From: an uncultured Trueperaceae bacterium | GTDB taxonomy: Bacteria; Deinococcota; Deinococci; Deinococcales; Trueperaceae | Direction of reading: 5' to 3' | Assembly (NCBI GenBank): GCA_963799485.1 | Contig: CAWCXJ010000013.1 | Location: 256,001-320,000 of the forward strand | Length of the DNA: 64,000 nucleotides | In this document: positions 19,605 to 28,369 of the stretch, in pieces | Layout: each line of letters starts with the position of its first letter | Position numbering within the stretch: position 1 is the stretch's first letter | Made by a program: the position numbers and the translations under genes | The notes under the pieces: generated by a model | The model's database searches: none | Told to the model about the DNA's origin: nothing | What the model saw: the letters and a program-made list of their open reading frames with translations, nothing else

Positions 19605-20435
19605 CTAGTCTTTCACCGCCCCCGCCGTAATCCCCGCAACAAAAAACCGCTGCAAGAATAAAAACAGGATCAAAAACGGCACGGTCATCAAAACAGCCCC
19701 GACCATGATCCCGCCCCATGACACCCGCGTCAGTCCGAGCAGTGTTCCCAGCGCGACGGGCGCGGTGTACATCGTTTTTTCGGTCAAGATTAAGAGCGGC
19801 CAGAGGTAATCGTTCCACGCGGTCAGGAACAAGATGATGCCCAAAGCTGCCATTGCCGAGGAGACGAGTGGCAGGGCAATCTGAAAGAAGATGCGGTATT
19901 CGCCTGCGCCGTCAACGCGGGCGGCGTCGAGCAAACTTTGCGGCAACGACAAGAAGTTCTGCCGCATAAAGAAGATCCCGAGTGAGTTGGCCAAGAGCGG
20001 CAGCACCACACCGATGTACGAGTTCGTCAGGGAAAACTCGCGGGCGACCAAGATGTACTGCGGAATCACCACGACGAAATACGGGATGGTCAGCGTCGCA
20101 ATGACAATCGTAAAGATGGCGGCCCGACCGATAAACTGAAAGCGGGCGAAAGCGTAGCCGGCCATGCTCGTCAGGAGCAGCGACAGCAGCGTGTAAATGC
20201 CTGAAATCATCACACTGTTTAGAAGCGTGCGGAGAAAATCGGTATCGGCCTGCAGGTCTCGCAGGTTTGCCATAAACTCGCCGCCGGGTAAGAGCGGAAC
20301 GGGAGTGCTGAAGATTTGCGGCTCGAGCACCGTCGAAAACACAACCATCAGCCAAATCGGGGCGAGCCATAAGAGGGCCAGCGGCGTCAGCAAGAGGTGC
20401 AGCCAGAAACGCCCGATAAAATTTGCGCGTTTCAC
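19605..20435 (-). CDS. Carbohydrate ABC transporter permease (MalG-like)
   Basis: AGYAFARF, LLDAARVDGA (EAA loop) and WNDYLWPL motifs. Confidence 0.95.
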   Translation of the reverse strand: MKRANFIGRFWLHLLLTPLALLWLAPIWLMVVFSTVLEPQIFSTPVPLLPGGEFMANLRDLQADTDFLRTLLNSVMISGIYTLLSLLLTSMAGYAFARFQFIGRAAIFTIVIATLTIPYFVVVIPQYILVAREFSLTNSYIGVVLPLLANSLGIFFMRQNFLSLPQSLLDAARVDGAGEYRIFFQIALPLVSSAMAALGIILFLTAWNDYLWPLLILTEKTMYTAPVALGTLLGLTRVSWGGIMVGAVLMTVPFLILFLFLQRFFVAGITAGAVKD

Positions 20436-21292
20436 GAGGCGTCCCCGCCGAAAATCCGCAGTTGCAGCGCCGAAAAGATGACCGCCAGAAGTGCAATCGC
20501 GTAGCCGATGGCCGAAGCGTAGCCGAAGTTAAACGACCTGAAGCCCTGCTGATACAGGTATACGCCTAAAGTCAGGGTGGCGTTACCGGGGCCACCGCCG
20601 GTAATCAGGAACGGTTCGGTAAAGAGTTGCAGCGTGCCGATGACCGATAAGACGAGGGCAAAGAGGAGAATCGGGCGTAAAAGTGGCAAGGTAATGCCCC
20701 AGAACTGCTGCCACGGGTTGGCACCGTCGATTTTGGCGGCTTCGTAAAGCTCCAAGGGGATGTTTTGCAACCCTGCCAAGATGATAATCGCGTTGTAGCC
20801 CGTCCAGCGCCAGGTGACAGTCAGGATGATCAGGATAAACGCCGGGACGGGTGCATTGAGCCAGTCGATACGCGGCAAGCCGATGCCGGTCAAGGCAGCG
20901 TTGACTGCGCCGTTTTGGGTGTTGAACAGCAGCCGAAACACCGCCGAATACGCAACCGACCCGACGACGACGGGCGCGAAAAAGGCGAAGCGGTAAAAGC
21001 CTTTGAGTTTTAACAGTGGCGAGTTGAGGCCGACGGCGAGTCCGGTGGCTAAGAGCAGCATCGCCGGAACCTGAACAGCCAAGATAATGACGGTGTTCCG
21101 AAACGCCTGCCGGAAAAATGGGTCGCTCAAGATGCGGCCCCAGTTCGCGCCGGGTTCCCACGCCCAGGGGAAGCCGCGTGTATCTAGAAACGACAGGTAG
21201 ACCGAATAGATAATAGGCCACGCCCAGAAGAGCAAAAAAATAGCGAGATACGGGAGCAAGAACGTATAGGGGACAAGGCGGTTACGCTGCAT
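20432..21292 (-). CDS. Carbohydrate ABC transporter permease (MalF-like)
   Basis: WRWTGYN, LAGLQNIP.ELYEAAKIDGA and TGGGPGNAT motifs. Confidence 0.95.
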   Translation of the reverse strand: MQRNRLVPYTFLLPYLAIFLLFWAWPIIYSVYLSFLDTRGFPWAWEPGANWGRILSDPFFRQAFRNTVIILAVQVPAMLLLATGLAVGLNSPLLKLKGFYRFAFFAPVVVGSVAYSAVFRLLFNTQNGAVNAALTGIGLPRIDWLNAPVPAFILIILTVTWRWTGYNAIIILAGLQNIPLELYEAAKIDGANPWQQFWGITLPLLRPILLFALVLSVIGTLQLFTEPFLITGGGPGNATLTLGVYLYQQGFRSFNFGYASAIGYAIALLAVIFSALQLRIFGGDAS

Positions 21293-21345
21293 AAGACCTC
21301 CGCGAGGGATGAATTTTGGTGCGCTTTAAGTGTACTCGAGCTAAA

Positions 21346-21377
21346 GCGTCGGCACCCCGTTTTGCAGGTGCCGACGC
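21346..21377 (-). terminator. Intercistronic hairpin after the solute-binding protein gene
   Basis: GCGTCGGCACC-N10-GGTGCCGACGC 11-bp stem followed by TTT on the minus strand. Confidence 0.7.
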
Positions 21378-21407
21378 CCAAGTTAGCTAAACCTGTTGAC
21401 TGAAACG

Positions 21408-22691
21408 CTACTGACCGGCAACGGGTAAACCGGTGGCTCCGGCAATCTGCTCGGCGGCGTTGTCCATTGCCGCCTGCGCGCTGTCATAGGTGCCTTCGGT
21501 GAGGTACTGCGACAGGGTATTGGTGACAATCTGCCGCGCCTCTTGGAAGTACTGCGTGCCGCGTGCCTGCGGAATCTCACCGAGTGTCGCCAAGATGTCT
21601 TCCCAGATGGGCTGGTCGCCCCAGTAGGGGACGCCTTCTTGAACGTAAGGGTCGTCTAACGCCGGCAAGAACGAGGGCACCAAACCGTAGTTCTCGAGCA
21701 TTCCGACCTGACCCTGCGTCGTTGCCAGCGCGTAGTCGATAAACGCCATCGCCGCTTCGGGATTGTCCGAAGACGTCGGAATCGCTAGCGCCGAACCGCC
21801 CAGGTTGGCAGCGCGGACGCCACCCGCCTCAGAGGCCGGCATCGGGTAAACACCCCAGTTGCCCGACTGATCGGGGGCGTTACTCTGAATCGTGCCGACG
21901 TACCAACCGCCGAACACTGCGCCCGCCAGGTTGTTGTTTTTAATCGCCTGAATCGCGCCGTTCCAATCGACGATGCTTGCGACTTCAGCGTCGTAAAGCT
22001 TTTTCATCGTTTCCATCGCCGTCACACACCCCGGTTGATTGGCAGTGATGGTTTCGCCCGCGTCGTCGAAGTAAAAGCAGCCGTTCTGGTTGGCTAACTC
22101 GCGCCACACGCCGTCGTCGGAAAAGTCGAACCAGAGCATCTTCGCGCCGGTTGCTTCGTCGAGCTTTTGCCCGGCAGCGATAAAGTCGTCCCAGGTTTCG
22201 ATGTCGTCGGGGTTGATCCCGGCTTGTTCGTACAAGTCGCGGCGATAAAAGGTCACGACCGGGCCGGAGTCCCAGGGAACCGCAAAAACCTGATCGCCGA
22301 CGCTCAGCTCCGTCCATTTGAAGTCGGGGAACTGGTCGCGGAGGTCGCCCGCGCCCATCGTATTGAGGTCGGTAAAGCAGCCGGGGAAGCGGTTCCAGAA
22401 GACTTCGGCTTCGTTGTTTTCAACGGCGTACACGTCGGGCAAATCCGCGCCGCCCGCCGCACATCCGGCTAAGCCCCGGTCGTAAACTTGCTGGTTGCCT
22501 AAATTTTCAACCGTGACGTTGACGTTCGGATACTCCTGGTTAAAGCCTTCGACGGCACCTTGAAGGGCTTCGGCGGCGACGTCCCAGGCCATGACGGTGA
22601 TGTCTCCCGAAAGGTCGGTATTTTGCGCGGCAGCGAGTGGCAACGCAGCAGTGCCGAGTAAGAGAAGACTTGCAGCGAGTGTCTTTTTCAT
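21408..22691 (-). CDS. Sugar ABC transporter solute-binding protein
   Basis: Signal peptide; LPDV, AVPWDSGP..FYRRDL and GGSALAIP motifs; AAGGAG RBS. Confidence 0.93.
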   Translation of the reverse strand: MKKTLAASLLLLGTAALPLAAAQNTDLSGDITVMAWDVAAEALQGAVEGFNQEYPNVNVTVENLGNQQVYDRGLAGCAAGGADLPDVYAVENNEAEVFWNRFPGCFTDLNTMGAGDLRDQFPDFKWTELSVGDQVFAVPWDSGPVVTFYRRDLYEQAGINPDDIETWDDFIAAGQKLDEATGAKMLWFDFSDDGVWRELANQNGCFYFDDAGETITANQPGCVTAMETMKKLYDAEVASIVDWNGAIQAIKNNNLAGAVFGGWYVGTIQSNAPDQSGNWGVYPMPASEAGGVRAANLGGSALAIPTSSDNPEAAMAFIDYALATTQGQVGMLENYGLVPSFLPALDDPYVQEGVPYWGDQPIWEDILATLGEIPQARGTQYFQEARQIVTNTLSQYLTEGTYDSAQAAMDNAAEQIAGATGLPVAGQ

Positions 22692-22759
22692 TTTTTGCTC
22701 CTTAATGACTCGAGAAAAGGTAAAAGGTTCGTTTCGTAACTGTCACGATGTTAGTCCAT

Positions 22760-24793
22760 CTAAACCCCCTCTGCCGGGACGACTTCAGGAACATCCTCAG
22801 CTGGAGATACGGCTGTACGGCGTAAAAAACGGACGCCGTAAGGGGGTAGCGAAACCTGCTTTACGGCGTCGCCCCCGCCCAAAGCGGTCGCCGTTTGGGA
22901 GAGTTCGAGCCGGGTTTCGGCGGCGGTGTGGTTTAGGAGGATGAGATAGTCAGCACCCTCGGCGGTGCGGTTTACGGCTTCGACACCTTCAGGAAAACGT
23001 TCTGCCTTGACGCCCGCCCGCGCACACGCTCTTTCCAGTACCCACGCCGTACCTGCGGGCTCGAGTCTCGTCCCTACATAAAAGCTCAAGCCCTTCCCAA
23101 ACGCGTGCTGCGTCACCGCCGGACGCCCTGCGTAAAAACCACTTTCAAAGGTCGCCAGCACTTCCGCGCCCTCCAGGGTAATCACATCGGCCCAGAGGTC
23201 GGCGGAGAACGTCTGCTCGCCTTTTACAGCGGTTTTTACGGTGGTCGTTACCCCGACGGGTAGCGCGTCGAACTCTTCAACCCTGAGCCCCAAGAGTTTA
23301 CGGAACGGAGCCGGATACCCGCCCAGCCGAATCTGGTCGTTTTCGTCTACGATGCCGCTGAAAAAACCCAGCACCAGCGTGCCGCCGTTTTGGATGTAAC
23401 GCTCCAAGTTCGCCGCCGCCTCATCCCGAACGAGGTACAAGTTGGGCGCGACGACGAGTTTATAAGCCGACAAGTCGGCGTCCGGTTTGACGAAGTTTAC
23501 GGTGATGTTTCTCTGCCAGAGCGCCCGGTAAAAGCTGTAAACTTGCTCCAGATAACGCACGTCTTCGCTCGGGCGAGCGTCGAGTTCTAAAGCCCACCAC
23601 GTTTCCCAGTCGAATAGAAGCGCGACTTCGGCTTGGACGCGGGACTCCAAAACCTCTCCCAAACCCCCGAGTTCTTGTCCCAAATCTCTAACTTCGTGCC
23701 ACGTCCGGGTGTCGGTGCCGCCGTGCGGCACCATCCCGCTGTGAAACTTTTCGGCCCCGGCTTTAGACTGCCGCCACTGAAAAAACATCACGCCGCGTGC
23801 GCCCCGCGCCACCGCCTGCAAGCTCCAGAGCCGCATCACACCGGGCGCTTTGAGGCTGTTACGCCCGCGCCACTGCACCTGACTCGGAGCCTGCTCCATC
23901 AAAATCCACGGCGCACCCCCTTTCAGTGAGCGCATCACGTCGCTCTGAAACGCGGCGTAGATTCCAGCCTCGGCGTTGCCGGGGTCGGGGTACGAATCGT
24001 TTGAGACCATATCGAGTTCTTGCGCCCAGCGCCACTCGTCGAGCGGTTTATGAACGCCGATAAAGTTGCTCGTGGCCGGAACCTCGGGCGTGACGTCGCG
24101 TAAAATCTCGCGCTCCATCTGATAAAGGGACAACAGGGCGTCGCTGCAAAACCTGCGCCAGTCGAGCTGCTCTGTCGGGTTGAGCAAGGTCGGGGCGGCA
24201 GCGGGCGGCGACACCTCTTCCCAGGCGTAGTAGGTCTGGCTCCAAAACGACGTGCCCCACGCTTCGTTGAGCTTTTCAACGGTGCCGTAACGCTCTCTCA
24301 GCCACACTCTGAACGCCTGCGCTGAATCCTCATCGAACGACTCGTAAACGTGGCAACCGTATTCGTTGTTGATGTGCCAGAGCTTGAGCGCCGGGTGTTT
24401 GCCGTAACGCTCCGCCAGCTTGCGCACGAGGTTGGCAGCGAGACGCTGATAGTCGGGGCTCGAGGGGCTGTACTGCTGCCGTGACCCGACGCCCAACCTC
24501 ACACCGTTTTTGGTGACGGGCAAACTTTGCGGATATTTACGGGCCAGCCACGGCGGTGGCGCGGCGGTTGCGGTCGCTAGACACACGCCGATACCGTTTT
24601 CGTAGAGCAAATCCAGCAGCCTGTCTAACCAGGCAAAGTCGTAACGGCCTTCTTCAGGCTCGAGCTTCGACCACGCAAATATCGCTACGCTGACCAGATT
24701 GACGCCCGCTTCGCGCATGAGCCGGACGTCTTCTTGCCAGACCGTTTCGGGCCACTGTTCGGGGTTGTAGTCGCCGCCGTAAAAAATGTCCAT
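22760..24793 (-). CDS. Beta-galactosidase, GH42
   Basis: YGGDYNPEQW, WHINNEYG, WILMEQ and FFQWRQSKAGAEKFHS motifs. Confidence 0.96.
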   Translation of the reverse strand: MDIFYGGDYNPEQWPETVWQEDVRLMREAGVNLVSVAIFAWSKLEPEEGRYDFAWLDRLLDLLYENGIGVCLATATAAPPPWLARKYPQSLPVTKNGVRLGVGSRQQYSPSSPDYQRLAANLVRKLAERYGKHPALKLWHINNEYGCHVYESFDEDSAQAFRVWLRERYGTVEKLNEAWGTSFWSQTYYAWEEVSPPAAAPTLLNPTEQLDWRRFCSDALLSLYQMEREILRDVTPEVPATSNFIGVHKPLDEWRWAQELDMVSNDSYPDPGNAEAGIYAAFQSDVMRSLKGGAPWILMEQAPSQVQWRGRNSLKAPGVMRLWSLQAVARGARGVMFFQWRQSKAGAEKFHSGMVPHGGTDTRTWHEVRDLGQELGGLGEVLESRVQAEVALLFDWETWWALELDARPSEDVRYLEQVYSFYRALWQRNITVNFVKPDADLSAYKLVVAPNLYLVRDEAAANLERYIQNGGTLVLGFFSGIVDENDQIRLGGYPAPFRKLLGLRVEEFDALPVGVTTTVKTAVKGEQTFSADLWADVITLEGAEVLATFESGFYAGRPAVTQHAFGKGLSFYVGTRLEPAGTAWVLERACARAGVKAERFPEGVEAVNRTAEGADYLILLNHTAAETRLELSQTATALGGGDAVKQVSLPPYGVRFLRRTAVSPAEDVPEVVPAEGV

Positions 24794-24843
24794 TACCCAA
24801 CCTCGGTTTGAAGGTCACAACGTTGAAGACTTTATGCCTGCTT

Positions 24844-24900
24844 AAGTGACCGGTCACTTTTTAGATGACTTAGGGTAGCACATTACCAAATAGCTGTCAA
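24844..24900 (-). promoter_or_regulatory. Sigma70 promoter plus LacI-type operator of the beta-galactosidase operon
   Basis: TTGACA (24900-24895)-17 bp-TACCCT (24877-24872); perfect palindrome AAGTGACCGGTCACTT at 24844-24859, just downstream. Confidence 0.8.
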
Positions 24901-25139
24901 TTTCGTCTTTATGAGGTGTCGGTGAAACTTCGTCTAGCCTCGGCACTTAATCTCGGTCAGCCGAACGGTACCTTTAACCCGGTGGGAGGGTGGTGACACA
25001 GGTTGTCTACGGGTTGTCTACCTTGCAACGAGCAACGACGGTTGACGTAAAGCTGCTACGGTTTCCCGGTCGAGCCGCGCTTTAGGAACCGGTCGCAAAG
25101 AGGATTGGGACGAGCTGCTACGCCTGGAACGGGGACAAC

Positions 25140-25892
25140 TTACGGTTTTAGCGAGTCAAGCTCAGATGGGCTTGAAGGAACCGGTGGTTTTCCGGCTATA
25201 TCCGGAGCCGTTACCCACAGGCGACCCGGATAGGCCAACAGGGTGTAGAGAAAAAGACTCGCCCCGATCATCTCGAGAAACTCCTCGAGTGTGCTGAACG
25301 CTGCGTAAGTCAGCGTTTCGTCTCCGTAACGCGCGACGTAGCCTGCCGTAACGACCTCGACGCCGAGCGCTCCGGCGAGATACAAAGCCCCTGCGCCGAG
25401 GGCCAGGTACCGTGTTCTGGCAGGGAGGTTCAGTAAAAACCGCAGGTAAATAGCGATAAAGGTAACAACGAACAACGTTCCGGGTATCACCCAGGCAAAG
25501 TAAAGAAATCCCGAAAGACTAAACTTCTCTTGGATGATGTCACCCGTGAGTTCGTGAAATTGCACGGTCTCGTCCACTGACAACGCCAGGAAAATGACAG
25601 CCAGACCTAACCAGCTTCCGGCGTACTGCCGCCTTGCCTGGTGTTCTAGTCTGTAGATACCGTAAAGCGACGCCGAACACAGCATCAGCAAGACCGCGCT
25701 GTACCAACTAGGTATGCTGTTTTCAGCATCGACGTTCGTCAGTTTGACGATTGAATTTAGACCCCTGAACTCAGTACCCGTGTAAACGTAGAGCTGAACC
25801 AGCAAGCTGACGAGTGCAAGGCCTAAGCCGACAAGTAAGAGGAGCCTGAGAAGCTTCCACGGGGAAATTCGAAGTGTAGGTGACGTTGCCAT
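25140..25892 (-). CDS. Hypothetical polytopic membrane protein
   Basis: About 7 hydrophobic helices; ENSIPSWYS, LSVDE...HE and EEFLEMIG motifs. Confidence 0.8.
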   Translation of the reverse strand: MATSPTLRISPWKLLRLLLLVGLGLALVSLLVQLYVYTGTEFRGLNSIVKLTNVDAENSIPSWYSAVLLMLCSASLYGIYRLEHQARRQYAGSWLGLAVIFLALSVDETVQFHELTGDIIQEKFSLSGFLYFAWVIPGTLFVVTFIAIYLRFLLNLPARTRYLALGAGALYLAGALGVEVVTAGYVARYGDETLTYAAFSTLEEFLEMIGASLFLYTLLAYPGRLWVTAPDIAGKPPVPSSPSELDSLKP

Positions 25893-25949
25893 GACAAACC
25901 CTCTCTGAAGCATCCTAACAAGTCTGGAACATAAAAGTAAGTCATCAGG

Positions 25950-25983
25950 AAACAAATTTTTCACGAGCAGAGGTGTTGTGAAA
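25950..25983 (-). promoter_or_regulatory. Shared ~35-bp element, copy 1
   Basis: Minus strand TTTCACAACACCTCTGCTCGTGAAAAATTTGTTT. Confidence 0.65.
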
Positions 25984-26040
25984 AATATTACTTTAAGCGA
26001 TACAAACCAGAAACTTCTGCAGACGAAGCGTTTTTTGTCT

Positions 26041-26679
26041 TCAGCTCCCGGGTCGGGCAAGACGCTTTAGCAGCTCGAGCACAAACATGACGTCGCCTAG
26101 TGCGCGGTGGCTCGCGTGCTGCGTTAAAAGCGCTTCAAGTCCTTCGGTAACGACCGCCTTGTGCAGCCCGTAGCTGGGGCGACCGTGCGTTTGGGCGTAA
26201 AGCCGCATGGCGCAGACATAAAGGAGTTTTGGATGGGGGAGATCCCAGCGGGCGCTGGTCTGCTCGAGCATCCGCGCGTCAAAAGGTGCGTTCCACGCCA
26301 GCACGGTCGCATCTTTTGCCAGCGCGACAAATTCCGGCAAGACGTCGGGCCAGCGCGGTTGGTTTTGCAGCTCACGTAGCGAAATCCCGTGAACCCGCTG
26401 GGCGTGCGGGTTCATCGCCGGGGTTTGCGGCTTCAGCAGCGTGTTTAGGCGAACCGCCCCGGTCGTATCGACGAGCGCCAACTCGATCACCTCGGCGTCT
26501 TTAAGCCCGGTCGTCTCGGTGTCGAGGATAAACACATCGGTACGGTCTAGCAGTTTACGCGCCGCCTCGGCGACGCGCGCAACGTCCGGACTACGTTCTG
26601 GCACACAGCGCCCACAACGTCCGGCAGACGAAAGTAGGTGGTTACAGCGGACGCAGCGTATAGCTCGAGTTGACGCCAT
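26041..26679 (-). CDS. DEDDh 3'-5' exonuclease with an N-terminal Cys4 zinc ribbon
   Basis: CVRC..CGRC; ILDTETTG, AWNAPFD and HRALGD motifs; TAGACT-N6-ATG start. Confidence 0.9.
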   Translation of the reverse strand: MASTRAIRCVRCNHLLSSAGRCGRCVPERSPDVARVAEAARKLLDRTDVFILDTETTGLKDAEVIELALVDTTGAVRLNTLLKPQTPAMNPHAQRVHGISLRELQNQPRWPDVLPEFVALAKDATVLAWNAPFDARMLEQTSARWDLPHPKLLYVCAMRLYAQTHGRPSYGLHKAVVTEGLEALLTQHASHRALGDVMFVLELLKRLARPGS

Positions 26680-26787
26680 TATACTAGTCTATCGTATCGG
26701 TCTCAGGGCGCGCGGTTGCGTTACACTGGCTCCGAAGACACTAGCCCCGAAATACAAACGACCCCAAAGGTTTACGAGAGGAACCAA

Positions 26788-28248
26788 ATGACCTCAATTC
26801 CCCCGACTTCAAGCCCCCAAGCAGACCTCGGACTTATCGGCCTCGCGGTGATGGGCCGCAACCTCGTACTTAACCTAAACGACCACGGTTACAAGGTCGC
26901 GGTTTACAACCGCACCACCGCGAAGATGACCGATTTCACCGAGGGTGAAGCGCAAGGCACGGACGTAACCGGCTACGCCGAGCTGCCTGACTTCGTTGCG
27001 GCACTTAAGCACCCGCGTAAAGTCATGCTGATGGTCGAGGCGGGGCGCGGGGTAGACGCCGTAATCGCCGCCTTGGCGCCCCTCCTGGAACCCGGCGACG
27101 TGATTATCGACGGCGGCAACTCGAACTTTGAAGATACCCGCCGGCGCAACCGCGAGCTGACCGAAAAAGGCTTTCACTTTGTCGGTACCGGCATTTCCGG
27201 CGGCGAAGAGGGTGCGCGGCACGGCCCCTCGATCATGCCGGGCGGTGCGCCGGAGGCGTGGGAAGAAGTCAAACCCATTTTTCAGAGTATCGCTGCCCAT
27301 GTTCACGGCGACCCGTGTTGCGATTACGTGGGTGAAGACGGCGCGGGTCACTTCGTCAAGATGGTGCATAACGGCATCGAATACGGCGATATGCAGCTGA
27401 TCGGCGAGGCTTACGGGCTGATGCGCGGCGTGCTGGGCCTGAGCGCGGATGAGCTGAGTACGGTCTTTAAGAAGTGGAATACAGGCCGCCTCGACTCGTA
27501 CCTGGTTGAAATCACCGGCACCATCTTAGCGGTCAAAGACAAAGACGGGTCGCCGCTGGTTGAAAAGATTCTGGACGTTGCCGGGCAAAAAGGCACCGGT
27601 CGCTGGACGGTTATCGCTGCGCTCGAGGAAGGCGTGCCGCTGACGCTGATTGCCGAAGCGGTCTTCTCGCGTTCACTCTCGGCGCTCAAGGACGAACGCG
27701 TCGCGGCGGCTAAAGTGCTGGGCGGCCCCGAAGCACCGGCTGCACCTGACCGGGAGACTTTTGTGCGCGACCTCGAGGACGCCCTCTACGCCGCTAAAAT
27801 CGTTTCCTACGCACAGGGCTACATGCTGATGCGTTCGGCAGCCAAAACCTACGGCTGGAACCTCAACTACGGCGGCGTCGCGCAGATGTGGCGCGGCGGC
27901 TGCATTATCCGCTCAGCCTTTCTGGACGACATCAAAAACGCCTTCGACGAAGACGAGACGCTCGCCAACCTGCTCCTGGCCCCGTACTTTCAAGAAGCGG
28001 TCATGGACGCGCAGGCCGCGTGGCGGCGGGTGGTGGCGACTGCCGTGGCGTGGGGTGTACCGGTACCCGCGTTTTCGGCTGCGCTCGCCTTTTTCGACGG
28101 CTACCGCACCGCCGACCTGCCCGCCAACCTCCTGCAAGCCCAACGCGACTTTTTCGGCGCGCACACCTTTGAACGTACCGACGAGGCACGTGGCAGCTTT
28201 TTTCACCACAGCTGGCTTGGCGACGCCGGGGGTACGGCTGAAGGTTAG
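26788..28248 (+). CDS. gnd: 6-phosphogluconate dehydrogenase (NADP, decarboxylating)
   Basis: GLAVMG, IDGGNS, SGGEEGA, KMVHNGIEYGDMQ, WRGGCIIRS and QAQRDFFGAH motifs. Confidence 0.98.
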   Translation: MTSIPPTSSPQADLGLIGLAVMGRNLVLNLNDHGYKVAVYNRTTAKMTDFTEGEAQGTDVTGYAELPDFVAALKHPRKVMLMVEAGRGVDAVIAALAPLLEPGDVIIDGGNSNFEDTRRRNRELTEKGFHFVGTGISGGEEGARHGPSIMPGGAPEAWEEVKPIFQSIAAHVHGDPCCDYVGEDGAGHFVKMVHNGIEYGDMQLIGEAYGLMRGVLGLSADELSTVFKKWNTGRLDSYLVEITGTILAVKDKDGSPLVEKILDVAGQKGTGRWTVIAALEEGVPLTLIAEAVFSRSLSALKDERVAAAKVLGGPEAPAAPDRETFVRDLEDALYAAKIVSYAQGYMLMRSAAKTYGWNLNYGGVAQMWRGGCIIRSAFLDDIKNAFDEDETLANLLLAPYFQEAVMDAQAAWRRVVATAVAWGVPVPAFSAALAFFDGYRTADLPANLLQAQRDFFGAHTFERTDEARGSFFHHSWLGDAGGTAEG

Positions 28249-28264
28249 GTCGGCAGTCATGGTC

Positions 28265-28293
28265 TGAAGCCGGGTATGCCACATCCGGCTTCA
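28265..28293 (+). terminator. Hairpin downstream of gnd
   Basis: TGAAGCCGG-N11-CCGGCTTCA stem; no clear U tract. Confidence 0.5.
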
Positions 28294-28369
28294 TCAAGCG
28301 TTAATGCTCCGTTAATGTAGGGAAAATTACCCAAGCCTAAACTGGCCTTAATCTGGTAGGCTGGTCGCT

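Noticed and set aside
25001..25021. GGTTGTCTAC direct repeat and nearby GGAGG-GTG mini-ORF
   Set aside because: Only two copies with no context; the ORF is about 30 codons with no features
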